From contig JALAGF010004959.1 in NCBI GenBank assembly GCA_030167865.1, forward strand, positions 1-61,020: a DNA stretch of 61,020 nucleotides, given 5' to 3'. The notes below the pieces were generated by a model. The model was not told where the DNA came from and ran no database searches. It was given only the letters and a program-made list of their open reading frames with translations. Source of the stretch: Craspedostauros australis. Lineage: Eukaryota. The position numbers were made by a program, and so were the translations under genes. Positions 35,071 to 46,699 of the stretch are shown piece by piece (position 1 is the first letter of the stretch; each line of letters begins with the position of its first letter).

Positions 35071-37780
35071 TTACAAGACAGCCGCCGCGATCAGTTCTTG
35101 TGCCGTCGCATCGCCATCCTTTTCCGTCTTCAACGATTCCACGATTGCAATGTCTTCTGGTGTCGGATCTCGGTCCTTCATCGATTTCAAGACCTTGCAA
35201 GCGAATGTGGCTGCCTTGCTCTCTTCGCGAAAGTAGTCGGGTGAGTTCTTGGTCAGTATATCCATTTGTATAACGTTGAGGGTGATCAATTCACCGACGA
35301 TCTGCGCCAGATGGGACCGCGCCAACGGCGCATCGAGCTCGATGTCATTCAAGAATTCCAACGGATCCTGCAGGGCATTTGGGATGGTTGCGGGTGCCAG
35401 CTTGGGGACGCATTCGCGGAGGAGCGTGAAGAATTTGGGCAGATCGCCCTTTTTGGCCTCCATGACGAAGAAGAAGGCAGTTTGCATTATCTGCTTTTCG
35501 CGAGCGTCCGAACCTTCGTGATCTGCCATGATCAGGTCCTGAATGTTGAGCATGGCGTCCTTTGTATCGCCGACGAAGAAAAACTCCTTCAGCGTGCTCT
35601 TCATCTTCTTTTTGCATTCGTCGAGCGTTTTGACAGCCACGGTGACCTTTGGCTTCGATCCGCCAGCCGGCGATGGTATATCACTGGACAGGCTGATCGG
35701 TTGGCTTTGCGAGCGCTTCATCATTGGCTGGCGCATGCCCTTGGCATTGAATGGCAGGGAAGCCATGTTGCTGAGCGAGCTTCCCTTGCTATGAACCTTC
35801 TTGAGTGTCCGTGGCGTGATCTCGGTGAATCCATCGTTGTCCATGGCGGGGGCGTTGGGGACGCTGGTGACTCGCCGCAACGAGGACTGGCTGGGGCGGC
35901 GCATCGACTTGATGCTTGAACCGGCTGCCTTCTGTTCCTCCTGGGCGATCTCGTCGTGGATCTCGTCCAACGACCTGGCCTTTTCTTCCTTTCGTCGCGA
36001 GATCCAACCTGCAGTGTTAGTGTTGCAAGTAATGCATGTGCACATGTGTGCGCGAGAGAATGGCGATGTGCAGATGCGGAATTGCACGAGATACGGGAGA
36101 AAGTGATCGAGAATTGGAATCGGGTGAGTTGCGGGTGATATCAGAGCGGGGCTGCGAGGGATGTACGCGCAACGGAAGACAGTCGCCTCCAAACTAAGTA
36201 GAGTGCAGGAGACTACGACGCTGCCACAAACAGAATCACAGTCAGAAAAACAGCACTCCACAACGTAACGCAATATGACGCGCACGCAACGTACCTCGCT
36301 GTTTCAGCTCGAGCAGATCCTGCAGCAGGAACTGCGTGCGCTTGGAGATGGTGCTGGAAGCCTTGACGTCATGCACACGATTCCAGTCGAAGGGTTGGTT
36401 GTTTTGCTTGGCATGATCATCCAGCTTTTGTCCCATCGTGGTCATGAGGTGCGCGAAGCACTCGATGTTCTCCTCGTTCGCTGCGTCCTTGAGCAGGATC
36501 TTGAGGCATTCCATCATGTTCTTGAGCTTGAAGACGTCGAGCATGTAGAGCTCGCCGAGGAACTTCATGTGGCCGATGTAGGCCTTGCGGATGAGTCCCG
36601 AATGGTAGGCGATTTCTTCCGTGTCGGTGACGTCTTTGGTGCGTTCCGCGATTTTGGTGGCCGTGTCGGTGGTGAATTCGTCCTGACAGTGATAGAGGAG
36701 CTCCTTCTTGAATGGCTTGACCTGGAAGGCGATGTTGGCGCAGAGCTTGGCGTAGAGTGGGCCAAAGTGATGTTCCATCTGCGACTTCTGCACGAGGATC
36801 TCAATGACCTTCGCTCGCACCTCCTTGTTCTCGGCGAGGTTGGTGACCTCCATGAATGTGGTGGAGAACTTGCCGACCGTGGTCCACGAGACCTTGTTGA
36901 GGATGAGGAGGGCCTTGGACACGATCTCCTCGACATCTTCCTCACCCTCCTTGACCTCTTCTTCGTCCTCTCCTTCCTTCATGATCTTCGGCTTCCATCT
37001 GGTGTCTTCGTTGACCTGCAGCGGTTTGCAGCTCTCCAGCGGCGGTGCGGTATCCTTATTCTTGTTGGGTTTCTCCTTGGACACATCACCAAGCTCGATG
37101 GCCTTCATGCCGGACAGCTTGAGGATCTCGAGACGATCATCATCCGTCCAATGGCATTCGTCATGCGGCTGAAAGTCTGGCAACGGCTCGATGTAGCGCA
37201 TGCGCACGGTCATGAAGACGCGTGCCGAGATGCGCTTGACGCTGCGCTGGGCCGGCGTCTTGCCCGCACCGGCATCGAGAAGCTGGATGTCCTTCATGAG
37301 CTCGCGCATGCTGCTGCGGCGGTTGCCACGTCCACCACCGCGGCTGTTGGAATCGCGGCGGTTGCTGCGTCCACCGCCATTGTTGTTGTTTCCCTCGTAG
37401 CTGCTACGTCGATTCCCGCGACCTCCGCCATTGTTGTCTGCGTCGTAGCTGCTACGTCGATTCCCGCGACCTCCGCCATTGTTGTCTGCGTCGTAGCTGC
37501 TGCGTCGGGCGCCGCGTCCACCTCCACGGCCGCGTCCACCTCTGCCACCGCTGCTATCACGGAAATCGCGACGACCTCCGCCTCCGCCACGGCCTGCACC
37601 TCTGCCACCAAAACCGTCGCTGTCGCGGTCGCGGAAATCACGACGTCCACCGCCGCCCCCACCTCCTCGGCCACCACCGCCTCTTCTGTTGCCGCCGTTG
37701 CTGTTGATGCTGCTGGTGCTGGATCGTCTTCCAGATGGTGCACCAGCGGCCTGCTGCAGACTGGAGGGTGGCGTTGCCAC
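35071..37780 (-). CDS. eIF4G: Translation initiation factor eIF4G-family protein (MIF4G + MA3); 2 exons (37780-36295, 36008-35071), ~807 aa
   Basis: MIF4G motifs LILNKVS, FGPLYAKLC, IGHMKFLGELY and FLLQDLLELKQRGW across intron 36294-36009. ARSLDEIH linker. MA3 motifs KSTLKEFF and LNDIELDAPLA. RGG-rich N-terminus. Confidence 0.9.
37398..37502 (-). repeat. 48-bp coding tandem duplication in the eIF4G N-terminus (RRSSYDADNNGGGRGN)
   Basis: Two near-identical units plus a diverged third (RRSSYEGNNNNGGGR). Confidence 0.85.
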
Positions 37781-39043
37781 TGCCTTGTTGGCTCCTTTCG
37801 ACCAGGCTCCGGACTGTGCACATCAGTGATAGAATGAGTGCACGATTGGGAAGAATGGGATTGCAATGGGAATGCAATGCGATGGAAACTGGTGGTGAGC
37901 GAATGGGTCTGGGTTGGCAATAGCAGATGAAGACGGTTGTATTATACTCGCAATGGCAGCAACGATGGCGGTGTGCTGCGCCAAACACATCACTGGATAA
38001 TGAATGAAAAATGAGCGTCGAAGCAACGATGAATAGAGCGCAGCATCATGGCTTGACTTACCATGGTTGTTGCTATTGCTATTGCTATTGCTATTGCTGT
38101 TGCTGTTGTCTCTCTTTCCGTCTTGAAATCGTCGGAATCGTTGATGAATGGGATGAATCGATGGATCCGTTGCTCCGCTCCGATGCATTCAAGTCTGCCC
38201 GACTCTGCTGCAATGGACCTCCGCTATCGATGCTCTTCACTTGGGTTCAACAAACGTGTGATGTTGGTTTTACGTCGTCGTTCTTGCGTATGCTGAACTT
38301 TTCTGCTAAACTTCTCTATTCTCTAATCTGATGCGATGGGCACTTCCCTCAATGTCCTCTTTGCCTCTCGTTCGTGTTGGTGTTGAAGGAGATGTTGATG
38401 TTGATGTTGGTGGATGCTCTGATGTTGGTGACTGTTGTGATGTTGATGATTGTGGTAATGATGATGATCGTTGGTGGAAATGATGCGAGAAGAACGACGC
38501 AGAGAATCTCTCTCTCTGTATTTTGGTTGAAGTGATGTCGATTGACGTTCGTGTTCCTGCGTTTGGTTTCATTTTGGTGGTGGATGTCAGACGTGTGCAT
38601 GACAGACGCTTTCCAAGTTTGGGAAATAAGTCTAAAGAAGCACCTCGGAAGATGAGAATCGAAAGATGTCTCGGTGACAAAAACACGAAGACAACGCACA
38701 CACGCGGAATCTTTGTGGTTGGCTTTGGTGGAGAGGCGAAGGCAGACAACAGAGAGCAAGGACACGCACAACGGCCACAACGGTCACAACGGCAAGGATC
38801 GCAACGTGCAAGAGCATCATAGCAGTATCGGTGTTGCTGCTCCTTGTGCTGCGCCCATGCTCGTACAAGGACACAAGTATTATATCATAGAATACAATCT
38901 AATAGAATACGTATTAGATTATACGTATTGCATCATAGAAGCGCAAGGGCAAAGTCCGCTCCTCAAGCTCATTCAAGTGAAGCCATTCACGCACTCACGC
39001 ATTCACGCATTCACGCATTCACACAATCGCAGCCACTTCCACG

Positions 39044-41740
39044 ATGACCACACCTTCGCCCACAGCTGCAACTGCGGCTGCATCCGCCTTGCTGGATGAG
39101 ATCAAAGTCGGCGACGACAATCTGGAAGATCTGCGACAAAAGGGCAACCACGAATTCCAGCAGGGGGAGCTGGACAACGCAGTCATGTACTACACGCTCG
39201 CCATCGAACGCGCGACGACGGAAATGACCGCGTCGGCCACCAACATCGCCGACGGCGTCATGCGTCTCTCGGAGGAGCTCAAGACGGCCATCATCATCAA
39301 CCTCTGCAACCGGGCGGCCTGCGCCTACCAGATGGAGCGATACGAGATGTCGCGTGACGATGCCCTGCGAGCGTGGAATCTATCGAATCACCAGCACGCC
39401 AAGGCGGCGTACCGTCTCGCGAAGACCTACATCGCTCTGGAGCTCTACAGTTCCGCGCAAGCCACCCTGGACGATGCGCTTGATACCATCGCGACGTTGG
39501 ATGAAGTGCAGACGAAGGCATTCGAAGATCTGCTGCAGGAGGCCAAGTCATCCGGTGCGGACGGTGGCGGCAGCAACAACATCACCACCGTCAAGAACGT
39601 CCAGCGACCCGTCTCCATCCGCGAGTTCATCAAGCAGAAATCGCTGGGCGTCGGCAACTTCTCGGAGATCGTCGTCGCGCAGCATCGCAAGACCGAGGAG
39701 ACCTTCGCTCTCAAGATTCTGCCCAAGAAGCAGGCCGCGGATCTGGCCAAACGGCAGCATCCCAACGTCTACAATGAGATCAAGATGGAGGCGAGGGTCC
39801 TGCTGCAGAGATTGCCACCGCATCCATTCCTCGTGCGCATGTACCATTCCTTCCAGGACTACGAGAACCTCTACTACCTCATGGATCTCCACAGCACCAA
39901 CCCGGATCTGTGGAGCCGGATACGGTACAACGGTTGCATGGTCGGTTGCCACGGATCCCAGGTCAAGGTGTGGATGCGCCAGCTCATCGATGTTCTGGAA
40001 CACCTGCATTGCCACGGCATCGTACATCGCGACTTGAAACCGGAAAACGTGCTGCTCAATGAACGAAATCACGTCGTGCTGATCGATTTCGGCACGGCCA
40101 AGGACTTGGTGCACACGGACCTCAATGGACCCGAATTCGTGGGCACGCCGGATTTCATGAGCCCCGAAGCCGTCACGGGATTTTCGGCCATGCCGGGCAA
40201 GCAGAAGAGCACCACCTCGACATTCCCACCCGCCACGCACACGGCGGATCTGTGGGCCTTGGGCGCCATGGCGTACATCCTCATGACAGGGTGCACGCCC
40301 TACTGGAGTCCCAGCCCGTACCTGACCTTCCTGCGCATCAAACGTGGGTTGCTACCGCGCATGTCGTGGGGCATTCCGGATGCGGATGCGTGGGACCTTG
40401 TGACGCGTTTGATGCAGGTGCAACCGGATCAGCGGTTCGGTGCGGATTGCTTTCAGGTGCAGAATGGGAAGGTCGTGGCTTCGGGTCGCAACGATGGCGG
40501 CAAGCCGTATGATAAATTGCGAAATCATGCATTCTTCAGCAGCAGCACCAACAACAACGGCGAGGCCCAAAATGACGATGCAAATGCAAAAGACGCTGGC
40601 ACAGATGATGATGATGATGCCTACAAAACGGAGCACAACATTCCATCACTGCAGGATTTGTGCATCCGCGCTTGCGCCGAGCTGGCCAAACAGGATGCAC
40701 TGAATTTGGAGGTTTGCGATCAGTACCCGCCTGGCTGCAAATCCAAACGCCATGATTTCCTGCTTTTGGCAGACCGCGAACGCAAGCTCATCCTGCACAC
40801 TCTTGACAGATGCAAGGTATTTGCCAAGAACGATGAAACCCGCGTGCTGCATCGCTTCGTGGCCTCCGATCCAGATTTGCTCGACATCAAGATGCGCGAT
40901 CGTGACATGGTGGGCTTGACGCAGATGAATGACGATGAAGGCAAATTGCAGGCAGCGCGCGGCAGCGCGGATCCGTACGCCACCAAGGATGATCCGGAAC
41001 CGACGCACATTGTGCATCTGCTGAACGAGGCGCTGTATACTGCTGCAGGCAGCGAGGATGAACAGGAGGAGCAGAAGAAGCGGCTGAAGGAATGGAAGAA
41101 GTGCATCGCCAACATCAACCGTTCGCGTCCCAAGCTGGTCGTCGTGACATGCCGTTCGGCGATGCCTGCCAAATTTAAGAAATTCCTGTCCCGCGTCAGC
41201 GACTCCATCCCGGTCGCGTACAACCGCAACGCATCCTACTATTCGTTCTGGTTGAACGGATTTCAAGGCATGGTGCTAAATTCGGCGACCTTGCTCGACG
41301 AATTTGTCAGGGACAAGGGCAATGGTGGCAAGCAGGACGACGGGCAGATGGCGTGGATTCAGGAACAGATGGAGCAATGCCGCATGTCCAAGCATCACTT
41401 ATATGCCTTTGTGGACTGCGACCCGCGTGATCTGTCACAATTGGTGCTGAAGCGCTTGGCACGTGGACGCGTTAAGCTGTTGTCCGGATACTCCAGGGAC
41501 AATGAAGGTTTTGAGATGATGCTGGAGTATAAGGCCAACGAGAAGGTGGTTGTGGGCGGTAGCAACGACGACAACGACGCAGTCTCTGTGAAGTCTACGG
41601 ACACGCAGGAAGACGATGAGACGGACGCATCGCAGATGAAGGTCGTCGGATGCAACGACAGCAGCTTGCGGTGGATCGTCATGGATGAAATGAAGGACAT
41701 GTGGAAGACGAACTTGGTCAAGGTGGGAGAGTTGGAGTAG
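39044..41740 (+). CDS. TPR-domain Ser/Thr protein kinase (AGC/PDK1-like) with C-terminal degenerate calcineurin-like phosphoesterase (CPPED1-like) domain, 898 aa
   Basis: TPR motifs LRQKGNHEFQQG, NRAACAY and AKAAYRLA. Kinase motifs LGVGNFSEI, FALK, HRDLKPEN, DFGTAK, FVGTPDFMSPE and DLWALG. C-terminal ANINRSRPKLVVV, YYSFWLNGFQGMVLNS and QMAWIQEQM. Confidence 0.88.
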   Translation: MTTPSPTAATAAASALLDEIKVGDDNLEDLRQKGNHEFQQGELDNAVMYYTLAIERATTEMTASATNIADGVMRLSEELKTAIIINLCNRAACAYQMERYEMSRDDALRAWNLSNHQHAKAAYRLAKTYIALELYSSAQATLDDALDTIATLDEVQTKAFEDLLQEAKSSGADGGGSNNITTVKNVQRPVSIREFIKQKSLGVGNFSEIVVAQHRKTEETFALKILPKKQAADLAKRQHPNVYNEIKMEARVLLQRLPPHPFLVRMYHSFQDYENLYYLMDLHSTNPDLWSRIRYNGCMVGCHGSQVKVWMRQLIDVLEHLHCHGIVHRDLKPENVLLNERNHVVLIDFGTAKDLVHTDLNGPEFVGTPDFMSPEAVTGFSAMPGKQKSTTSTFPPATHTADLWALGAMAYILMTGCTPYWSPSPYLTFLRIKRGLLPRMSWGIPDADAWDLVTRLMQVQPDQRFGADCFQVQNGKVVASGRNDGGKPYDKLRNHAFFSSSTNNNGEAQNDDANAKDAGTDDDDDAYKTEHNIPSLQDLCIRACAELAKQDALNLEVCDQYPPGCKSKRHDFLLLADRERKLILHTLDRCKVFAKNDETRVLHRFVASDPDLLDIKMRDRDMVGLTQMNDDEGKLQAARGSADPYATKDDPEPTHIVHLLNEALYTAAGSEDEQEEQKKRLKEWKKCIANINRSRPKLVVVTCRSAMPAKFKKFLSRVSDSIPVAYNRNASYYSFWLNGFQGMVLNSATLLDEFVRDKGNGGKQDDGQMAWIQEQMEQCRMSKHHLYAFVDCDPRDLSQLVLKRLARGRVKLLSGYSRDNEGFEMMLEYKANEKVVVGGSNDDNDAVSVKSTDTQEDDETDASQMKVVGCNDSSLRWIVMDEMKDMWKTNLVKVGELE

Positions 41741-42948
41741 AATGCCAGTACTAAATGTATGGTAGAGCACTGTCACCACACTCTTGATGGCACAGTGGGA
41801 GACTTTGGCTTTTGATCACGGTGTGTTGTGTTCGTCCATGATGGCACTACTCGTACTATTACTGCCATGGTGCGATTGTGGCGTGTTGGTACAAGTACTA
41901 GTCTGGTGCAGGTGTGATTGTGGTTGTGATGATAACTGCCATGACGATGATGACAACTTTCATGAAGATGACGGCAATAATAACGAAGGTCACGACAACC
42001 AACGCATTCATGACGTACCATGTGTACTTGTATCCGTGCAGGTACATATTATGCTAGTACAGTGCATGCTCGTATCAAATGTACGAGCAGCAGCGTAGAG
42101 TAGTGAAGTATCATGTACTCTACTGTGCGTGGCCTCCCCAAACACGTCCAAGTCCCGATGGCGATTCACAATGCACAGAGAGTTGCACAACTTCAAAAGT
42201 GTACGATGCGATCACTCGAACCCAGGTAAGTTGCTGTTGTCTGTGAGTGAGTGAAGGAACAACTGATTGTTCATACAAATGTTGCACTCTCTCGCAGAGC
42301 TGGGAGCGTTCTTGGTGCCACATCGATGTGAGTATAGTTTGGTAAGTGGAGGGGTCGCACCCATACTTGCGCAACTAGTACTCGTGGATGTGCTGTCGCG
42401 TCAGGGGGCTTTGATGGGACACAGGTTTCAAAGCATAGTATGCGCGAAGACGGACGGCGGGCACGCTTGCCCAAAGTTCCGAGGCCTGTTGCGGAAGTAC
42501 CGGTGTCATCACCTTCACAAAAACTGACGCGAGACGCCCAGATGTAGCGCAGTTAAGCAATGGCCTAACACGGATGGTTATTGTCCTCGTGTAGAATGTG
42601 GATGTGAATGATTGTTGTTTAGAGGAGAGTTAAATGAAAAGTACATGGCTTATTATTATGGTACTTGTTTCGCTGTTCGTTGTATAGTGGTACAAGGTGT
42701 GAGTATGATATGTATGATATCGTATGATGTGGTAGTTGTTTCACGTTGAGTTGTGTTTGTGTGTCTGTGCCGAGTTGCACTTGGTTCGGATGAACAACAC
42801 TTGCTTCAGTTCAGGTTTGTTGAATTGGGCGATGGTGTTTGGGTTTGTCAAAGTTGGATCGAAGGAAGTGTGTTCAAATGTGGCTCTGTTGGGTGAGTAG
42901 GTTGAACTGGCCGTGTCTCATCATCGTTGGTTTGGTTCTACTGGGATG

Positions 42949-44353
42949 TCAGTAGTTGCGTTCGTTGTCGGCTCGGGTGTGTGGAGCGCGGAACGGGGAT
43001 GGCGGTGGTGCATACCAGTGACGATTCCACATGGCGGACGGTGGTGGATGGGATGGCATCATTGGGTAGTTGTATGATGGACCATGATGCGGGTGATGAT
43101 GCCAAGGCCAGCCACCCGGTGCGGCCGAGTCAGGAGGGTTTTCGCCAGGGTGGTGGCCAGCACTGTGGCTGGTGCTGCCTTCTGGGTACTTGCTGGGGTG
43201 ACCATCCTGCTGATGCGACGCTGAAGCCGTGTCAGTGCTTGCGCAAGGCGTGACAAGCTTCGCCATCTCGCTGGTTGGTGAGGATGGGTGGTGCGTGTGT
43301 GGGCCTGAATATGAATGTGGATGCTGGTGGGATGGGTGTGCTGGTGGCGGCGGCAACGGAGCCGACGCGTAGCTGTGCGGGATGGGAGCGAACATGGACG
43401 GGTGATGCAACGGCCTGTAGTCACCACTGTAGTGGACGTTCTTGGAGTACCCAGGGTGGCCATCGGGGCCTGGCGGAGGCGGTGGTGGCAGCTGGCTAGG
43501 GTGGTAGGGCGGAGCGGAGGAGACACTCATGGCGCCAGTTGTGCTCCTGCTGTCAACGCTGAAGGATCGGCCGATCTTGGACCTGGCCTTCGACGTGGCT
43601 GCCCTGTCTGCCATCTTGTCTTTGGCACCGCTGCTGTGGTGCTGTCCCCCCTGTTTCCTCGTGTACTCGTGGGTGGCCTTCCTAAGCGCGTGTCCCACCT
43701 TGTCCTTGGCCTTGTTCAGTTCCAACGCAACCCATTGCCCCGTGGACTTGTCGATGCGCACCATCCCCACCCCAGTTGGAGACTTGCTGCGCATGATCTC
43801 GACAATTTCAGTGATGATCATCCCCTTCTCGCTCTTTGTCTGTGCCTTAATGTATCGGGGCACCTGCGAGCTGATAAGCTCACGGAAGCGCTTGTTCCCA
43901 GCTGTGGTTTGTCAAGCATTGTCCAGTTTAGTTTAGTTCAGTTTGGTCCCAGCGAAGTCGAGGATGGCAAGTGTGTAACGCAGCCAGAAGCAGCAAAAGC
44001 AAGGCAGAGCGGTGAGAAGTCTGACATGCCATCGGCTCGGCACTCAGCCTGCAGCGGTTTGAAAAAGTACCACGCCGAAGCCACGACTTGTTGTCGCGTA
44101 CAACACGCAGGCACGAACGCAAGTACTCGTACAACAGTGCGACAACGCGACAACGTGCAACCAAGCGCTGGGCACACTCACGGTGGTTGTAGTTCTGACG
44201 AGCCCAGCCACAAATCACATCATCGTCGGATGGTCGGAACCCCGTTGAAAGCCCGGCCGACTGCTGCGGCTGCTGTTGCTGTTCCTCCTTGACATGCGGT
44301 TGCCGTTCTTGTTCCTGCAGCGGTTGCTGCTCGTGTTGTTGTCGCTGCATCAT
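42949..44353 (-). CDS. DUF6824-like domain protein (diatom-expanded putative regulator); 2 exons (44353-44182, 43901-42949), ~374 aa
   Basis: GTGAGT...CAG intron 44181-43902 gives DDVICGWARQNYNHPGNKRFRELI...KGMIITEIVEIMR...W...AKDKVGHALR. Pro/His-rich tail. Confidence 0.82.
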
Positions 44354-45701
44354 TGGTATCGGTTGTCTAATTTGAGAGTTGATGATCTTATGACAATCCT
44401 GGAATCATCGGCTCTCTCCGGCATCGCACGCCGGCTATTGCTGCCTTTCAACCTCGTAACGCTCTTACCTGCTTACACCACGATACCACCAACGTACGAG
44501 CACTGCTACCAACACAAGTACCGATCCCAAGCCAGCAACAAGCGACAAAATCAGGCGGAGATCGCGTTATGTAATGCGATGGAATTGGGTCGATGAAGTG
44601 ATCTTGAAACAGCCGGCCTGTCGTGGAAAGCGCCAATATCGGTTAGACGGAAGTTAAATTGTCGTTACAAGGATACGTTTCGAACAGGATGCTGCGGACC
44701 GGGTCTCGATGTCGCAGCGACTTTTATCAATGCGTCTGAGTTGCATGTGAAAGAAAGGACAAAACCGCCACGGTAACCGCCAAAAGTGGGAAATTGTGAA
44801 GGAGGGCCATTCTGGTGGTGAACGCCGACCAGATGGGCACTGATTGGCGGGTCACAGAACGACGTGGAATCCTGGTACGTATACGTAGTAGAGTAGCTCA
44901 GTCGGTGGTAGGTACTGCTGCTCTCCGTAGCATTTCACGAGCTTCACCACACGAGCTACTTTATTCAAGCACCGCACCACTGACAACTCCCACAGTCCGA
45001 AGGACTCACATGTCTGACATCGCCAATGTTTGGCTCTTGTTCGGCTGTTACCTTGCCGTTGCTTGCCGTTGTTGGTTGAAATTTGAGAAACAACGCGATG
45101 GAGCTTTCAAACGAAAGTGCAGGTGCAGTCGTATGTTCTGTTGGTCGACTATAATGGAGTATTAGTACTGAGCAAGTAGAGTAGGTAAGTCATCGGCAAC
45201 CAGTGTGTGTGGTTTGAGTACAGAAGAGTACACTTGAAGTGCAGTGTTGAGGGATGCGTGGGTGTGTGTGAAGGTGCACTTGTAGCTCACAGAGTGTGAT
45301 GTATTGGCAGGGCCCTGCCCAATGATTCTCTGCCTATGTCTCTTTCTCTCTAGCCTACGAATGGATAGAGAGTGCTGGCGATGGTGTGGCAGTACCGACT
45401 TTACTCGTATTTACGCAGCATTGTTGGGTGTGGTTGCGCTTCAGCATTGGTGGCGAGTTCGAGTCCTCACACGACCTATGGCATTGGTCGGTACGTACGG
45501 CGCTCTTGGCTCTTCTGGTACTTGTTTCGGCACTATACGAGTTTGTACGGTCGACCTCAAGGAGTGTTGGATTGAAACGAGACTTTCTGAAAGTAGCGCA
45601 AAGCAATGCGATGCGATGCAGTACAATGGAGTACAGTGCAGTACAGTGCAGTACAAAACTTCAGACAGACTTTGTCGATGTATCTCCACGATCAAGCAAG
45701 A

Positions 45702-45812
45702 AGTCAATCAGCCAAGCAGTCAATCAGTCAAGTATTCAATTAGTCAATCAGTCAATCAGTCAATCAGTCAAGCGGTCAATCAGTCAAGCAGTCGATCAGT
45801 CGATCCAGTCAG
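45702..45812. repeat. Degenerate 8-bp minisatellite (CAGTCAAT)n
   Basis: Roughly a dozen imperfect cagtcaat/cagtcaag/cagtcgat units. Confidence 0.85.
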
Positions 45813-46699
45813 CGTGAGCAAAGTCCGTGAGTCTATCATTTGGAGGTGTGGGATGCACTCTACGACTACGTGAACGCAATGCTGGTCCCGATGGCTTCAA
45901 AGAGAGGCCTGGTGTGGAAGCAGGGTGGCAAATACCCGTCAACTTAGCCTGGTACAGATGATTGCAAGTGATTGATGTGGAACAAGCAGTCTTGTTGTCA
46001 GTCCTCGGGGAAAACGCCATACTCTCTCCATCAATTGGTGCCTCAATGAGCGAGCGATGATGATGTATCTGCTCCACTCTGCGATGCTCAGCTGGTAGTC
46101 TGACGATGAGTGTGGGTGTATGGTTTGACTATACGAGCTGCTATGGTCCACATGCTGCTGTTGCATTCTCTGCCTATCTCGACTCCTGTCTTCGTGCCAA
46201 TACGTAGAGTACTGTACTACAACAACATACGTGAATTGTACACGAACGTTGGCAAGCCTCTTTTTGGCGTTAGTGCCAGTAACGGTCGTTCCTGGTCTTT
46301 TTTATTTCAGCCCGACAAACGCAACGCGCATCTGTGACTTCGACATTCACCGAAATGTCTCGCGATGACACCGTGTTGTTTGGATGGAATCTTGGATGTT
46401 GCAGATCGTCGATGTTGTCGTTGTGTTCACACAAACCACCTCATCTCATCAAAAATGCAACTTGTTGCTGTACTCGTTCGCGCCATCGCAGACAACGTAA
46501 TCATCAGTAACTCCAATGTGCTCTGTCTCTGTCTCTGTCTCTCTGTCAAGAACATGATTAAGGTAGGTAAAGGTAAAGTCTAACATAAAATATCTCGCAA
46601 TCTCATGACATTAACGTTCCTGCTTGTTTCGTTCCAGCCTTCTCCTGGTTCATCTCCGCGTTTCTACTTTCGCTGATGTACGACGACGACGCCCAACGA

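Noticed and set aside
36275-37837. Long antisense ORFs (520 aa here; also 4246..5574, 9097..10464, 11784..12770, 48701..50287 and 52685..53641)
   Set aside because: Each lies opposite a well-supported gene. Such shadow ORFs follow from codon bias and show no recognisable motifs.
45600-45812. Repeat arrays considered as CRISPR-like or telomeric
   Set aside because: Short tandem units with no unique spacers, no cas genes, a eukaryotic context, and no TTAGGG-type unit.
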